A DNA stretch of 64,000 nucleotides from Gemmatimonadota bacterium (GTDB lineage Bacteria; Gemmatimonadota; Gemmatimonadetes; Gemmatimonadales; GWC2-71-9): NCBI GenBank assembly GCA_039589275.1, contig JBDHHP010000001.1, positions 7,551-71,550 of the forward strand. Direction: 5' to 3'. The notes under the pieces are model-generated. The model saw only the letters and a list, made by a program, of their open reading frames with translations. It made no database searches and had not been told where the DNA came from. Both the position numbers and the translations under genes were made by a program. Shown here one piece after another: positions 1 through 10,363 of this stretch (position 1 is its first letter; each line of letters opens with the position of its first letter).

Positions 1-586
1 CTCGCGAAACGGCGTGTCGCCCCACGAGGACTCTCTCTCGTGCCTGCACACACGCCTCGTATAGCTCGTCCAGAGGCACGCGCTCTTCGTGAGCAGCAAC
101 CTGAAAGACGCTGTCGACCGACGTGTATACGATCCATGCACCTGACTCCAGGTGCGCTGACCCCAGCTCCTCAATGATCCCCACACCGGACGCAGCGCAG
201 TTTCCAATCACAGCCCGCCCCGTGAGCTCGACAAACGAATCGATCACCTCATCTGGAAAGCCCTGGGGGTAAGCTGGGAAGGGCTGCTCCAGCACAACCT
301 CGCAGATCTCCCAATGGCCTGCCGTGCTGTCCTTCCCGGCAGAGCGCGGCAGAGCGACGCCGTGAGCCGCCTTTGGATTGGAGCACTTCATCCCTGCCAG
401 TCTGCGGCAGCATCCGAGTCCCAGAGCCTCGAGGTGGGGCAAGTCGAATCCACCTACACTCTCGGCAAGGTTGCCCAGTGTGTTACTGCCGCAGTCGCCG
501 TAGTCTGACTGGTCGGGAGCCTCACCCATACCGACACCGTCTAGGACAATCAAGGCTACCCGTCCTGAAGCCCTGGACTTCAACAC
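1..586 (-). CDS. deoB: phosphopentomutase, N-terminal ~195 aa (3' end runs off the left edge)
   Basis: Hand translation of the minus strand gives ..GRVALIVLDGVGMGEAPDQSDYGDCGSNTLGNLAE..SAGKDSTAGHWEI..AWIVYTSVDSVFQVAAHEE.., the DeoB metal-site N-terminus. It is absent from the ORF track because there is no stop in the window. A GTG(586)/TTG(583) start overlaps the alr stop. Confidence 0.85.
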   Translation of the reverse strand, partial: MLKSRASGRVALIVLDGVGMGEAPDQSDYGDCGSNTLGNLAESVGGFDLPHLEALGLGCCRRLAGMKCSNPKAAHGVALPRSAGKDSTAGHWEICEVVLEQPFPAYPQGFPDEVIDSFVELTGRAVIGNCAASGVGIIEELGSAHLESGAWIVYTSVDSVFQVAAHEERVPLDELYEACVQARERVLVGRHAVSR

Positions 587-1653
587 GACGAATACTCTCG
601 GCTCAAGCGCCCCCGCAAACCGGTGAGGACCTCGTAGGAGATCGTCCCGGACCAACCCGCGAACTCGTCGACCGTGATCTCAGCTTCACCGTCCCGGCCG
701 ATGAGCGTCGCCACCTCCCCGACCTCGACCCAATCGCCATCCCGTCCCAGATCGACCATCACGAAGTCCATTGTGATGCGCCCTACGATGGGGTAGCGGC
801 TCCCCCGCAACAGCACCGATGCCTTCCCTTTTGCCGTCCATTTGACTCCATCGGCGTATCCGATCCCAAGCGTTACAACGGTGGTCTCGCACGGAGCAGC
901 CCACTCACCTCCGTAGCTCACGGTCGCACCCGGCGGGAGGCGGCGCTTGCTGACCACGGGCGATCGCACGCTGGCAACTGGTTTCGGCGCCGGGAGATCG
1001 GCACCGCAACGTCCGCCGTAGAGGAAGATCCCTGGTCGCGTTAGATCTAGCTTGTGCTCGAGCCGCCAGGACCCGGCGCTGTTCTGCGCGTGAACCAGGA
1101 TACCGTCGCGTCCAACTAATTCCAGTGCCTGCTCAAATCGCGACCACTGGGTGGCGACGCTATCTGGTACATCATCAGCGGCCAGGAAGTGGGTGAAGAT
1201 CCCTTCGAGGTGTTGTCTGTCGATGGAACCAAGGCATGCATCATCATGGCGCAAGCCGCAGCGCCCCATGCCCGTGTCGACCTCCAGGTGAAACGGCATG
1301 GCCCAGTCGTGCGCGACTGTGGGATCGTCGATCACGGCTCTCACGTCGAGGGCCTCGTAGATGGGGCGTTTAGCGAGGACTGCTGGAGTAAAGACGATGA
1401 TGGGCCGCTCGACGCCGGCGTCCCTGAGCTCTCGGGCCTCGTCGAGCGTGGCAACACCGTACCCCCAGGGATCTAGCGGATCGAGCGCTTTCACGGCTGC
1501 CAACGCTCCGAGACCGTAGGCGTCGGCTTTCACCATCGGGAGTAGTCGAGCCCCCGACGCAGCCTGCTGCACTGTGCGTGCATTGGCCGTCAGATTGGCT
1601 AGGTTTATCTCGACCCAAGCCCTGTCCCGGCTTTGCTTATCTACCAAGTTCAC
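580..1653 (-). CDS. alr: alanine racemase
   Basis: RAWVEINLANLTANARTV.., MVKADAYGLG (PLP lysine motif) and a C-terminal TISYEVLT. The track ORF extends to 1845. I prefer GTG at 1653 (ATG at 1701 is the alternative) because longer versions overlap divergent mazG. Confidence 0.9.
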   Translation of the reverse strand: MNLVDKQSRDRAWVEINLANLTANARTVQQAASGARLLPMVKADAYGLGALAAVKALDPLDPWGYGVATLDEARELRDAGVERPIIVFTPAVLAKRPIYEALDVRAVIDDPTVAHDWAMPFHLEVDTGMGRCGLRHDDACLGSIDRQHLEGIFTHFLAADDVPDSVATQWSRFEQALELVGRDGILVHAQNSAGSWRLEHKLDLTRPGIFLYGGRCGADLPAPKPVASVRSPVVSKRRLPPGATVSYGGEWAAPCETTVVTLGIGYADGVKWTAKGKASVLLRGSRYPIVGRITMDFVMVDLGRDGDWVEVGEVATLIGRDGEAEITVDEFAGWSGTISYEVLTGLRGRLSREYSSC

Positions 1654-1688
1654 AATCGGTAGCGCATAGTATCGGCGCGAATACGTAA

Positions 1689-2453
1689 ATGCAAGAACCA
1701 TCAGCGCTTGGACGCATCGTACATCTAGTTCGAGACCTCCGCAAAAGGTGCCCATGGGACGCCGCACAGACGCCTCAAAGCCTGCGTCCTTACCTGGTCG
1801 AGGAGGCCATGGAACTGGACCACGCCCTTGCATCCGACGACCCAAACGCCATCAGAACTGAGCTAGGTGACCTTCTGCTGCACTTGTCGTTTCAGATAGT
1901 GCTGGCCGAAGAACTGGACCGATTTGGTGCAGAGGACATCACTGGAACGATCGAACGCAAGATGTGGCGGCGTCATCCCCACCTGTTCGAGTTAGGCGAC
2001 GCGCCGGAAACGTGGGAGCAATCCAAGCTGAATGAACGCGGCAGCGACAGGCGCAGCGTCCTCGATGGCCTTCCCGCCTCACTCCCTGCGCTGATCATGG
2101 CAATGCGGCTTCAGGAACGGGCTGCGGGGGTTGGATTCGATTGGCCCGACGCCGAGGGGCCGCGAGAGAAAGTGCGAGAGGAAATCGACGAGCTGGAACG
2201 CGAGATTGGTCCCGAAGGAAATGCCCTGCGCATCGAAGAAGAGATCGGCGACTTGCTGTTTGCAGCAGTGAATTTGGCCCGGAAACTCAAGTGCGATCCC
2301 CGAGCCGCACTAGAGAAGGCGAACGCGAGATTCTTAGAGCGGTTCCGTGCGGTCGAGCAGCTCGCTCGGGAGCGAGGTATCGACGTTCCCACAGCTGGGC
2401 TCGATGTGCTGGATGGGCTCTGGGACGAGGTGAAAGGAACGTCAGGGATATAG
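1689..2453 (+). CDS. mazG: MazG nucleoside triphosphate pyrophosphohydrolase
   Basis: LRKRCPWDAAQTPQSLRPYLVEEAMEL plus a second EExxE-type repeat (EEIGDLLFAAVNLAR). This is the only plus-strand gene. Confidence 0.9.
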   Translation: MQEPSALGRIVHLVRDLRKRCPWDAAQTPQSLRPYLVEEAMELDHALASDDPNAIRTELGDLLLHLSFQIVLAEELDRFGAEDITGTIERKMWRRHPHLFELGDAPETWEQSKLNERGSDRRSVLDGLPASLPALIMAMRLQERAAGVGFDWPDAEGPREKVREEIDELEREIGPEGNALRIEEEIGDLLFAAVNLARKLKCDPRAALEKANARFLERFRAVEQLARERGIDVPTAGLDVLDGLWDEVKGTSGI

Positions 2454-3728
2454 CCGCGTCATTGTCCTGGGAAACGCGATCACCTCACGAATGTGGGGTA
2501 CTCCGCAAATCCAAGCCACCGTACGCTCGACGCCGAGTCCGTAACCCGAGTGCACGTAGGTGCCGTATTTCCTGAGGTCCAAGTACCAAATGTACGCCTC
2601 CTCAGGCAACCCCTCCTCCCGAATACGACCAAGCAGCAGGTCGTGGTCGTCTTCGCGTTGGCTTCCCCCAATGATCTCTCCGTATCCCTCCGGTGCCAAA
2701 CAGTCGTTACACAGGACGGTGTCTGGATTGCCGGGGTTCTGCTTCATATAGAAGGCCTTGGCAGCCCTGGGGTAGTTGTAGACGAAGACGGGCCGGTCCA
2801 AGTCCTGCGCCAGTCGAGTCTCGTCGTCGGCACCCAAGTCTTGCCCCCAGGTAACCTCAGTTCCCTGGGCCTTTAGAGTCTCCAACGCCTCGTCGTAGGA
2901 CATCCGGTGGAAGGGCGGGGCCACGCTCTCGAGCCGACCGGTGTCACGCTCGAGTGTCTCCAACTCCGGTCTGCAACGTTCCAGACAGCGTTCGACGATG
3001 TAGGAAACGTGGGCCTCCTGCAGCCGCATGTTGTCCTCGGAATCGTACCAGGCAACCTCAGGCTCGACCATCCAGAACTCGGTCAGATGGCGCCGGGTCT
3101 TCGATTTCTCGGCACGGAAGGTTGGACCGAAGCAGTAGACGCGTCCGAGGGACGCTGCTGCTGCTTCGAGGTAAAGCTGCCCCGTCTGCGCCAAATACGC
3201 GTTGCCGAGATCGAAGTACTCTGTTGCGAACAGGGTACCTGCGGATTCACCAATGGCACCGGTGAGAAGCGGTGTGTCCACCAGCACGAAATCGCGCTGA
3301 TAGAAGAAATCGCGAATAGCCTGTATGACTTCGTGGCGAACCTTCATTATCGCTGCCTGTCGCTTCGATCGCAGCCATAGGTGACGGTTCTCGAATAGGA
3401 AAGCGGTGCCGTGTTCTTTCTTGGAAATGGGGTAGTCGGTACTCGGTCCGAGTACCTGCACTGCCGAGACGCCGAGTTCAACCCCACCGGGAGATCGTCT
3501 GTCCTCTCTGACCTCCCCTATCACACTTACCGATGACTCGAGGGTGAGTGAGCTGAACGCATCCCAAGTAGGTCCATCAACATCCTGTTTCCCCACTACA
3601 CACTGCAGGTAGCCGGTACCGTCTCTCAGCACGGCAAACGCGATCTTGCCCCCGGACCGGGTCGTGGCGACCCATCCCGGCACGGTCACGCTCTCGCCTA
3701 TGTGGTCAGGTAGATCCTTGATTCTCAT
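2442..3728 (-). CDS. asnS: asparagine--tRNA ligase (short, archaeal/Thermus-type)
   Basis: 428 aa with an N-terminal OB fold and class IIb motifs FRAEKSKTRRHLTEFWMVEPEVAW and GYGLGVERTV. Confidence 0.85.
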   Translation of the reverse strand: MRIKDLPDHIGESVTVPGWVATTRSGGKIAFAVLRDGTGYLQCVVGKQDVDGPTWDAFSSLTLESSVSVIGEVREDRRSPGGVELGVSAVQVLGPSTDYPISKKEHGTAFLFENRHLWLRSKRQAAIMKVRHEVIQAIRDFFYQRDFVLVDTPLLTGAIGESAGTLFATEYFDLGNAYLAQTGQLYLEAAAASLGRVYCFGPTFRAEKSKTRRHLTEFWMVEPEVAWYDSEDNMRLQEAHVSYIVERCLERCRPELETLERDTGRLESVAPPFHRMSYDEALETLKAQGTEVTWGQDLGADDETRLAQDLDRPVFVYNYPRAAKAFYMKQNPGNPDTVLCNDCLAPEGYGEIIGGSQREDDHDLLLGRIREEGLPEEAYIWYLDLRKYGTYVHSGYGLGVERTVAWICGVPHIREVIAFPRTMTRLYP

Positions 3729-3752
3729 CTCTTGCCACGCCGTTCACTTCGT

Positions 3753-4088
3753 TCACGAGACAGCTTCGTCTGCCTTAGCCGCCAAGATGAAGTCGCTCTC
3801 GGTCAAGCCGTCGATCTTGTGCGTCCAGATCTTCAGTCCGACCCTACCCCACGTAAGGTTGATATCTGGATGATGACCCTGCTCTTCCGCAATCGTTCCA
3901 ACTTTGTTGGTGAACGCGAGTGCCCCTACAAAGTCATCGAACGAGTATTCCTTCTCGAGATGATGCTCGTCCACGACTCTCCATCCACCCCCGAGCTCAT
4001 TGAGCAACATCTCGAGGTCAGCACCCTTGAGAGCGGGCATTCCACCTCGGCACGGCACACATTGCTTCTTGGCGAGTTCACCTTTCAT
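3753..4088 (-). CDS. 4a-hydroxytetrahydrobiopterin (pterin-4a-carbinolamine) dehydratase
   Basis: 111 aa; FTNKVGTIAEEQGHHPDINLTWGRVGLKIWTHKIDGLTESDF is the PCD signature. Confidence 0.85.
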   Translation of the reverse strand: MKGELAKKQCVPCRGGMPALKGADLEMLLNELGGGWRVVDEHHLEKEYSFDDFVGALAFTNKVGTIAEEQGHHPDINLTWGRVGLKIWTHKIDGLTESDFILAAKADEAVS

Positions 4089-4173
4089 GCGGTCCCATCC
4101 TGTCCAGTGATTAACAGCAAACTGATCGCAGTATCCTAGACCCGCCCAGTCGTCGACGCAACCATACTCATCG

Positions 4174-6249
4174 TCACCCGACGCGGAACAGTTCCATGCC
4201 GCGCTCGTAGCGCCGCTCGATGCGCCTTCTCAGGGGCATGTGATTCGCCCCGGATAGATCGGCGTCTACCTCCATGATCTCTAAGGCCGCCCGGCGGGCG
4301 CTTTCGATCAAGTCGGCATCCTCGGCGAGGTCGGCGTAGCGCAGATTGAACCCTCCGGACTGTCGTACACCTGCCAACTCCCCGATACCCCGTTCCTGAA
4401 GATCCAGCTCGGCAATCCGGAATCCGTCAGACGTCCGGGCGAACCGTTTCAAACGGTCGACAGCTGGGGATTCGTCGGTTAGTAGCACGCAATGGCCTTC
4501 CTCCATACCTCTGCCGACTCTACCTCTTAGCTGATGCAGTTGCGCCAGCCCGAAACGCTCCGGATGCTCAATCAGCATTACGGTGGCATTGGGTACGTCG
4601 ATCCCGACCTCAATAACCGTCGTCGCGACCAGCACGTCGAGCGAGCCATCCCGGAACCGGCGCATGACCTCGTCCTTTTCATCTGCTTTCATTCGGCCAT
4701 GCACTAAGCCAACTGAGAACGGCTCGAGGCGATGCGACAACTCTTCGGCCATGGTGGTAGCAGCCTTGAGATCAACGCGTTCCGATTCCTCGATCACCGG
4801 ATAGACCACATATGCCTGGCGTCCGTACCCGCACTGATCCTTGACGAAATCGTATACCGCAGCGCGATCGCGGTTGGACCTGACACCCGTTCTAACGCGA
4901 GTCCGGCTCACCGGCTTTTGTTTCAGCGTCGAGATGTCCAAATCGCCGTAAAGAGTGAGCGCGAGCGTGCGCGGAATTGGAGTGGCTGACAGCAGCAAGA
5001 CATCAGGCGCTTCTCCCTTTTCAATCAACGCCGCACGCTGCTCGACACCGAAGCGGTGTTGTTCGTCTATTACCACCAGGCCTAGTTTTGCGAAATCCGT
5101 AGTCTCCTGAATGAGCGCGTGAGTACCGACCACCACCGCGGCCGACCCCTGCGCAATCCGCCCACGCACAGCTTTCTTTTCTCGCACACTGAGCCGTCCC
5201 ACCAGTATCTCTGGAGCCGTGTCCAGAGGAGCCAACAGACGGGCCAGCGTTTGCGCATGTTGCTCGGTGAGCAGCTCGGTAGGAGCCATGAAGACCGCCT
5301 GATACCCGTTCTCCACCGCAAGCAGCATCGCAAACAGGGCCACCACCGTCTTGCCGGTCCCCACATCACCCATTAGAAGGCGATGCATCCGCTCCCCGCC
5401 CGACATATCGAGCGTTATCTCTCGCACCGCCTTGACCTGGTCAACCGTTAGCTCGAAAGGCAGGTTCTGCTTCAGTGCGGTCGTCAACTGCTTCTTGATG
5501 TCAAAGCTGATGCCTTTCCGTGCAGTCTTTGCGAGCGTCTTCGCTCGGATCACCACTAGTTGGAGGTCGAACAACTCGTCGAAAGCAAGGCGTCTTCGCC
5601 CCATTTCAGCTTGTTGGGCTGACGCAGGTCGATGCAGAGCGGTCAACGCGTCTTTGAGTTTCGGCAGTTCCTCCCGCACACGTACTGCTGGCGGGAGCGA
5701 GTCCTCAACGCACTCAATCATCTGATCGAGGTGTGTAGACACGAGACGCCTGATCTGCCGATGGCTCAGTCCCTCGGTCGCTCCGTAGACCGGGAGAATC
5801 AGGCCACGCTCCATCACGTCGGACACCTCTTCATCACCAGCTTCGGCAAGCACTATTTGCTCCCGCGGACTGACCTGCCGACCGTGGTAGTACTTGACTG
5901 GCCCCGTCACCAGAAGCAGCTGGCCTTGCTTGATGACGCGGTCCAAATAGGCCTGGCCAGGCCATGCACACTCGATCACGCCCGAGGCGTCCTTGAGCAC
6001 GGCGCGAAACACCCTCAACCGTTTGCGTGTGGGTACTATGGCCTTCGAAACCACTCTTCCCACGAGCGTCACGTCTTCGTTTACCGTAGCCTTGGCAATC
6101 GGCGTGATCGAGGTGGCATCTACATAGCGATTTGGAGTGTGGTAGAGAAGATCCTCCACCGACTCTATTCCGATACGGGCAAACGCCTCCGCACGGCGGG
6201 GCCCTACGCCTTTGAGAAACTGTACCGGCGTGTCAAGTGTCTGCGCCAT
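4174..6249 (-). CDS. recG: ATP-dependent DNA helicase RecG
   Basis: 691 aa with a wedge domain, helicase motif I GDVGTGKT, DEQHRFG and QLHQLRGRVGRG. Confidence 0.95.
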   Translation of the reverse strand: MAQTLDTPVQFLKGVGPRRAEAFARIGIESVEDLLYHTPNRYVDATSITPIAKATVNEDVTLVGRVVSKAIVPTRKRLRVFRAVLKDASGVIECAWPGQAYLDRVIKQGQLLLVTGPVKYYHGRQVSPREQIVLAEAGDEEVSDVMERGLILPVYGATEGLSHRQIRRLVSTHLDQMIECVEDSLPPAVRVREELPKLKDALTALHRPASAQQAEMGRRRLAFDELFDLQLVVIRAKTLAKTARKGISFDIKKQLTTALKQNLPFELTVDQVKAVREITLDMSGGERMHRLLMGDVGTGKTVVALFAMLLAVENGYQAVFMAPTELLTEQHAQTLARLLAPLDTAPEILVGRLSVREKKAVRGRIAQGSAAVVVGTHALIQETTDFAKLGLVVIDEQHRFGVEQRAALIEKGEAPDVLLLSATPIPRTLALTLYGDLDISTLKQKPVSRTRVRTGVRSNRDRAAVYDFVKDQCGYGRQAYVVYPVIEESERVDLKAATTMAEELSHRLEPFSVGLVHGRMKADEKDEVMRRFRDGSLDVLVATTVIEVGIDVPNATVMLIEHPERFGLAQLHQLRGRVGRGMEEGHCVLLTDESPAVDRLKRFARTSDGFRIAELDLQERGIGELAGVRQSGGFNLRYADLAEDADLIESARRAALEIMEVDADLSGANHMPLRRRIERRYERGMELFRVG

Positions 6250-7175
6250 CAGTCCGAGAGCAGTCGCTCGGCGAATAGGTCTGGGTCGAAGACCTCGAGG
6301 TCACCCAGACCCTCGCCCACACCGATGAACCTGACTGGGACACCCAATTCCCGTCGCAGCGCGAGCAAGCTGCCGCCTTTCGCCGTTCCATCCAACTTGG
6401 TGACTATGAGACCCGTGAGCGGTACGGAGTTCGCAAAACTCAGCCCTTGCTGCACCGCGTTCTGCCCCACGGTTCCATCCAACACCAGCAGGCATTCATG
6501 GGGAGCACTGTCTCTCCTGCGCCCCACCACTCTCACTATCTTCTTCAACTCCTCCATCAGGTCTCCGTGCGTATGCAGCCGCCCAGCCGTGTCAATCAGG
6601 ACAACATCGACGCCGCGAGACGTCCCGGCCTCCACCGCGTCGAAGGCAACTGCTGCTGGATCGCCTCCTTGAGTTCCTGTCACACAGGAAACACCTAACC
6701 GGGACGCCCACTCGTTGAGCTGTTCAGGCGCGCCGGCCCGATAGGTATCGGCCGCTGCCAGCAGCACGCTCTTTCCCTGCCCCATCAGGCGATGAGCCAG
6801 CTTCGCGATTTGAGTGGTCTTACCAACGCCGTTAACACCCAACACCAATACCACGGCAGGACCTGCACCGTCTCCCAGGTTCAGCGAGTCATCGGGCCTA
6901 TAATCGTCGAACTGCCCGACGATTGTCGCCTTGAGCCAAGCTCGCATTGCGTCGGGTGTCTTTAGCTCGCCGCGGCGCAGCTTGTCTTCCAGCTGCTCGG
7001 CTAAATCGAGCGCCGACGCTCCAAAGTCGGCTTCCGCGAGGACGCGCTCCACGTCATCTAGGGAATCCCTATCCAAGCCCTTGACCAGAACCGATACGTC
7101 AGTCAGCGCTACTCGCTTTATCCGCTTCCAGAGTCCGCCTCTCAAGGCAGACCTCGCATGTGGCGCCATCCCCAC
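6249..7175 (-). CDS. ftsY: signal recognition particle receptor FtsY (short form, NG domain only)
   Basis: GVNGVGKTTQIAKLA, DTAGRLH and TKLDGTAKGG motifs. It has a 1-nt stop/start overlap with recG. Confidence 0.95.
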   Translation of the reverse strand: MGMAPHARSALRGGLWKRIKRVALTDVSVLVKGLDRDSLDDVERVLAEADFGASALDLAEQLEDKLRRGELKTPDAMRAWLKATIVGQFDDYRPDDSLNLGDGAGPAVVLVLGVNGVGKTTQIAKLAHRLMGQGKSVLLAAADTYRAGAPEQLNEWASRLGVSCVTGTQGGDPAAVAFDAVEAGTSRGVDVVLIDTAGRLHTHGDLMEELKKIVRVVGRRRDSAPHECLLVLDGTVGQNAVQQGLSFANSVPLTGLIVTKLDGTAKGGSLLALRRELGVPVRFIGVGEGLGDLEVFDPDLFAERLLSD

Positions 7176-8980
7176 TCGGCCGCTAACGCTAGGACGACAA
7201 CCACAAACAGCAGCCAGCGTTCACGGGCGAAGCGCTCCATCAGTGCCGAGGCCTGTGCCGTTCCCCCCGACCCGACTGCGACGCGACGCGGCAGATACTC
7301 AGCTGAATACTGCTCTACAACAGTCAGGCCGCTCGCTCCTGTCTCTCCTCGCACCCCCCATCTATACACCCCGGGTGGCAAGTGATGCGTGGCTTTACCT
7401 TGCGCGTCGAACCTGAGTAACGCGGTCGAGCCGGAATCGCCGGTGAGGGACGCGATGCTCACAAATGCCGAATCCGGCTGAGCCGTGGTCAGCCACTCGA
7501 ACACAATCGGCTGGTCCCGAACCGCCACCGCAGTCGCCTTGATGCGGCTCGCGGACAGCCTTGGCTCCGCTCCCAGCAACCAATCGATCCCGGCAGCAAG
7601 CAGAGTCCGATAAGCCTCGCGAGACGCACCGCCTCGAAACGCCCAACGCCAGAGCCCGGCGCCGGTGGTGGTCAGCAGCCGTACTCTGGCCGAGTCCCTT
7701 CCTATGAGAATGGGCCGACTGACTCCACGGCGTCCCAAACGTGCCGTTACCGCCGCCCAATCGGCATCCTCCGACCCGAGCTGCACCAAGCCTAGTAGAG
7801 GTGGCAAAGAGTCCCACTCCACCAGCCCGAGCTGGCCCGCGAGGGGAGACGGAGGAACCTGCGATCTGGGATACCAGTCACCGGTGGCATACCCGGTCTT
7901 ACTGCCCAATCCAGCGGGCCAACGCCACAGGGCCGGCGCTTCCGTCCCAAAACCCTGTGCCACTGCAGATTCAGCTCGAGTCGCCAGCAAGCCGGCACGG
8001 CTCGCTTCTCGCCGCACAACCCCCTCGATTATGGGCTCGAGTGAGTGCATGTCGATCCATTCGTCTGCAATAACGTGGGCGTATGCCTTGACGGTGGTCC
8101 CGACCAATTCGGTCAACTCAGAGACGAAGAACCTGCTTTCCCAGTCGGGTGAATCGGCCAGCATGACTACGGCCGGATGCTCCGTCACGGTTACGATGCG
8201 CTGGCGTTCGTCATCCTCCGGTACGGCGTCACCGTCCAGATTCACGCGTATGCCCAACACGTGGTCTCCGGCGCTCAATTGCCCCGGCCCAAAGGCCAGT
8301 GAGCGACGAGACACGCCGGGAGACATGGGGAGATCCACCTCACGAGCTGCCACGATCCTGTCGTCAGCCACGATCTCGATCTCTGCCCGTCTTGGAGCGT
8401 TCGTTCCCCAGACGCCGACCGTGATCTCGACTCGGACCGAATCACCTTGTTGGATTCTACGAGGAAGGCTGACGTCGAGAACCGCAGCATCGACCACGGT
8501 ATCGCGCGGAAGCACAACGAACCGAATGTCGGCGAGCAAGTCCGGCAGGATTGCACCCATGTCCTCCACCTCGCCGTCAGTCACGACGTGGATGGGACCC
8601 TCGGCTGCGCGGGCCACACGTAGAGCATTGCCCAGTCTGGTTGCGCCGGCCCGAGGCGGCTGAGTGTCGAACGGCGCGATCCACGAACCGAATCGGAGAA
8701 TCGTCCCATCCGGGCCGGCAAGAGCGCTTGCAGTGTCAATAGCAGCGCTCCAGTTGCCCCCGACACCCATGCTCAGGGATGCATCCAGTAGAACGACCGG
8801 CGCACCAATCGCCAACCTGCTGGCTCTCCCCGGATTCACCAGCAGCACCAGCAGCGCCGACACCCCTATCGTACGCAGCAGCGACATCGCGGCACCCTGC
8901 AGGCCCAGCTGCTCACGCCACAAGTACACGTACCCGGCCCAGACCGCTGTCACCAACGCGCCAACGACTACGATGAGCAT
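7142..8980 (-). CDS. membrane protein with an N-terminal double-TM (BatA-like) anchor, a degenerate vWA-like region and a C-terminal TM
   Basis: 612 aa. There are two N-terminal hydrophobic helices, then VVLLDASLSMG, and a C-terminal WLLFVVVVLALAAEW helix. I recognise no family more precisely. Confidence 0.55.
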   Translation of the reverse strand: MLIVVVGALVTAVWAGYVYLWREQLGLQGAAMSLLRTIGVSALLVLLVNPGRASRLAIGAPVVLLDASLSMGVGGNWSAAIDTASALAGPDGTILRFGSWIAPFDTQPPRAGATRLGNALRVARAAEGPIHVVTDGEVEDMGAILPDLLADIRFVVLPRDTVVDAAVLDVSLPRRIQQGDSVRVEITVGVWGTNAPRRAEIEIVADDRIVAAREVDLPMSPGVSRRSLAFGPGQLSAGDHVLGIRVNLDGDAVPEDDERQRIVTVTEHPAVVMLADSPDWESRFFVSELTELVGTTVKAYAHVIADEWIDMHSLEPIIEGVVRREASRAGLLATRAESAVAQGFGTEAPALWRWPAGLGSKTGYATGDWYPRSQVPPSPLAGQLGLVEWDSLPPLLGLVQLGSEDADWAAVTARLGRRGVSRPILIGRDSARVRLLTTTGAGLWRWAFRGGASREAYRTLLAAGIDWLLGAEPRLSASRIKATAVAVRDQPIVFEWLTTAQPDSAFVSIASLTGDSGSTALLRFDAQGKATHHLPPGVYRWGVRGETGASGLTVVEQYSAEYLPRRVAVGSGGTAQASALMERFARERWLLFVVVVLALAAEWGWRHMRGLP

Positions 8981-9073
8981 TACTCTACTTCTCGCAGAGT
9001 GAACCGGCGCTCACGCGCCCGCCCTCTGCGTGCTTGGCACGGTTGATTCGCACGAATTGTACTTAGCGAAGAA

Positions 9074-10363
9074 TCAGCGATCGACGGAAGCCGACACCAA
9101 ACCGGACCGGCCGTAATGCAGGAGGCGGCCAAACTGCTCCTTGATCGCCTGGAACTCGCCGCGGCGGTCGGCCGATACGGGTGCTCCAGGCTCTGTTCCC
9201 AACGTCCTCGGATCAATGTGCTTACCATTGCGAAGCAGCTCGTAATGAACGTGGGGTCCGCTGGCTAGCCCCGTCATCCCCACGTAACCAATGGTCTGTC
9301 CCTGCTCGACTCTCATGCCCGCTCTGATGCCTGGTCCGAGGCGGCTCATGTGGGCGTATCGCGTCTCCAGGCCGCCCGTGTTGTGGCGGATAGCCACCAT
9401 GATACCGTACGTGCCCCAACGGCCGGCACGAGTCACTGTCCCGTCACCGGTAGACTCGATGGGAGTGCCGGTTCTCGACGCGTAGTCGATCCCGTAATGG
9501 GGACGGTGGGTCTTGAGAACGGGATGGAATCGGCTTCTGGAATAGCGCGAGATCAAGCGGCCCAGCGGCACAGGTCGGATCTTGAGGGAGCGACGCAGCG
9601 AACGCCCGTCATCATCGTAGTAGGTGTTGCGACCGCGCTCGTCAGTCATCACGTATGCATAATGCTCCCTGCTGCCACGCGTTTCTATCTTGGCGGCCAG
9701 TACTCGGCCAAATCGCACGTCGCCGAACTGCGACGTCAGCCTTTCATAGGCAAACGCGAACTGGTCGCCCTCGTAGAAATCCCGATAGAAATCGATCACC
9801 CAGCCGTAAACGTTGTCTGCGAGATCCTCCACCATGTAATGGCGCTGACCACGCGGCAGGATCGAATCGGAGATTATGTCGTCCACAGCCTCATACATGG
9901 ACGAAGTAACGACACCCTCCGCCCGCATGACTTCCACCGACCAGGCAACATCTTCCGACGATCCCGTCCAACCACTCGCGGTGTCCCGCGCGATCGACAG
10001 GATTCTCTCGTCTCCGTACCGGAAATCTCCGACGCGCACTGTGATTCGATTCGGCGTGTCCTCACCATGGACATAGCGGAAGAGAAACACCTGGCCGGGA
10101 CGTATACGCCTTGGGTTGAGCCCATCCGCTGCGTTGACTACATCGACGAGCTGCGCTCCGTAGATGTTGTGGCGGCCGAGCAAGTGCGATAGGGTCTCGT
10201 TCTGATGTACGGTGTCAGCTCGATGGAAGTAGGCGGTTGTCACTAGCAAGGGGGCCGCAACGGGGAGCTGTCGAGACGAGAACGCGACGCTGGCGGTGAG
10301 AAGCACCGCCATTAGAACTGCGCTTCCAACCAGAATGGCTCGCACCACCCGGGGGCGCCTCAA
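9074..10363 (-). CDS. M23 family murein DD-endopeptidase (MepM/YebA-like: TM anchor, OapA/LysM-like region, M23 domain)
   Basis: HYGIDYA..GTPI and HVHYEL zinc-ligand motifs, with an N-terminal TM. The start overlaps the ftsZ stop by 4 nt. Confidence 0.85.
   Translation of the reverse strand: MRRPRVVRAILVGSAVLMAVLLTASVAFSSRQLPVAAPLLVTTAYFHRADTVHQNETLSHLLGRHNIYGAQLVDVVNAADGLNPRRIRPGQVFLFRYVHGEDTPNRITVRVGDFRYGDERILSIARDTASGWTGSSEDVAWSVEVMRAEGVVTSSMYEAVDDIISDSILPRGQRHYMVEDLADNVYGWVIDFYRDFYEGDQFAFAYERLTSQFGDVRFGRVLAAKIETRGSREHYAYVMTDERGRNTYYDDDGRSLRRSLKIRPVPLGRLISRYSRSRFHPVLKTHRPHYGIDYASRTGTPIESTGDGTVTRAGRWGTYGIMVAIRHNTGGLETRYAHMSRLGPGIRAGMRVEQGQTIGYVGMTGLASGPHVHYELLRNGKHIDPRTLGTEPGAPVSADRRGEFQAIKEQFGRLLHYGRSGLVSASVDR

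Noticed and set aside
5632-6672. Long plus-strand ORFs antisense to recG/ftsY. Similar cases are 373-1044, 7665-8663, 9350-10192, 24120-24842, 34879-35589 and 47846-48775.
   Set aside because: These are shadow ORFs typical of high-GC DNA. Their products are Arg/Ser/Pro/Thr-rich with no recognisable motifs, whereas the opposite strand encodes clearly conserved proteins.
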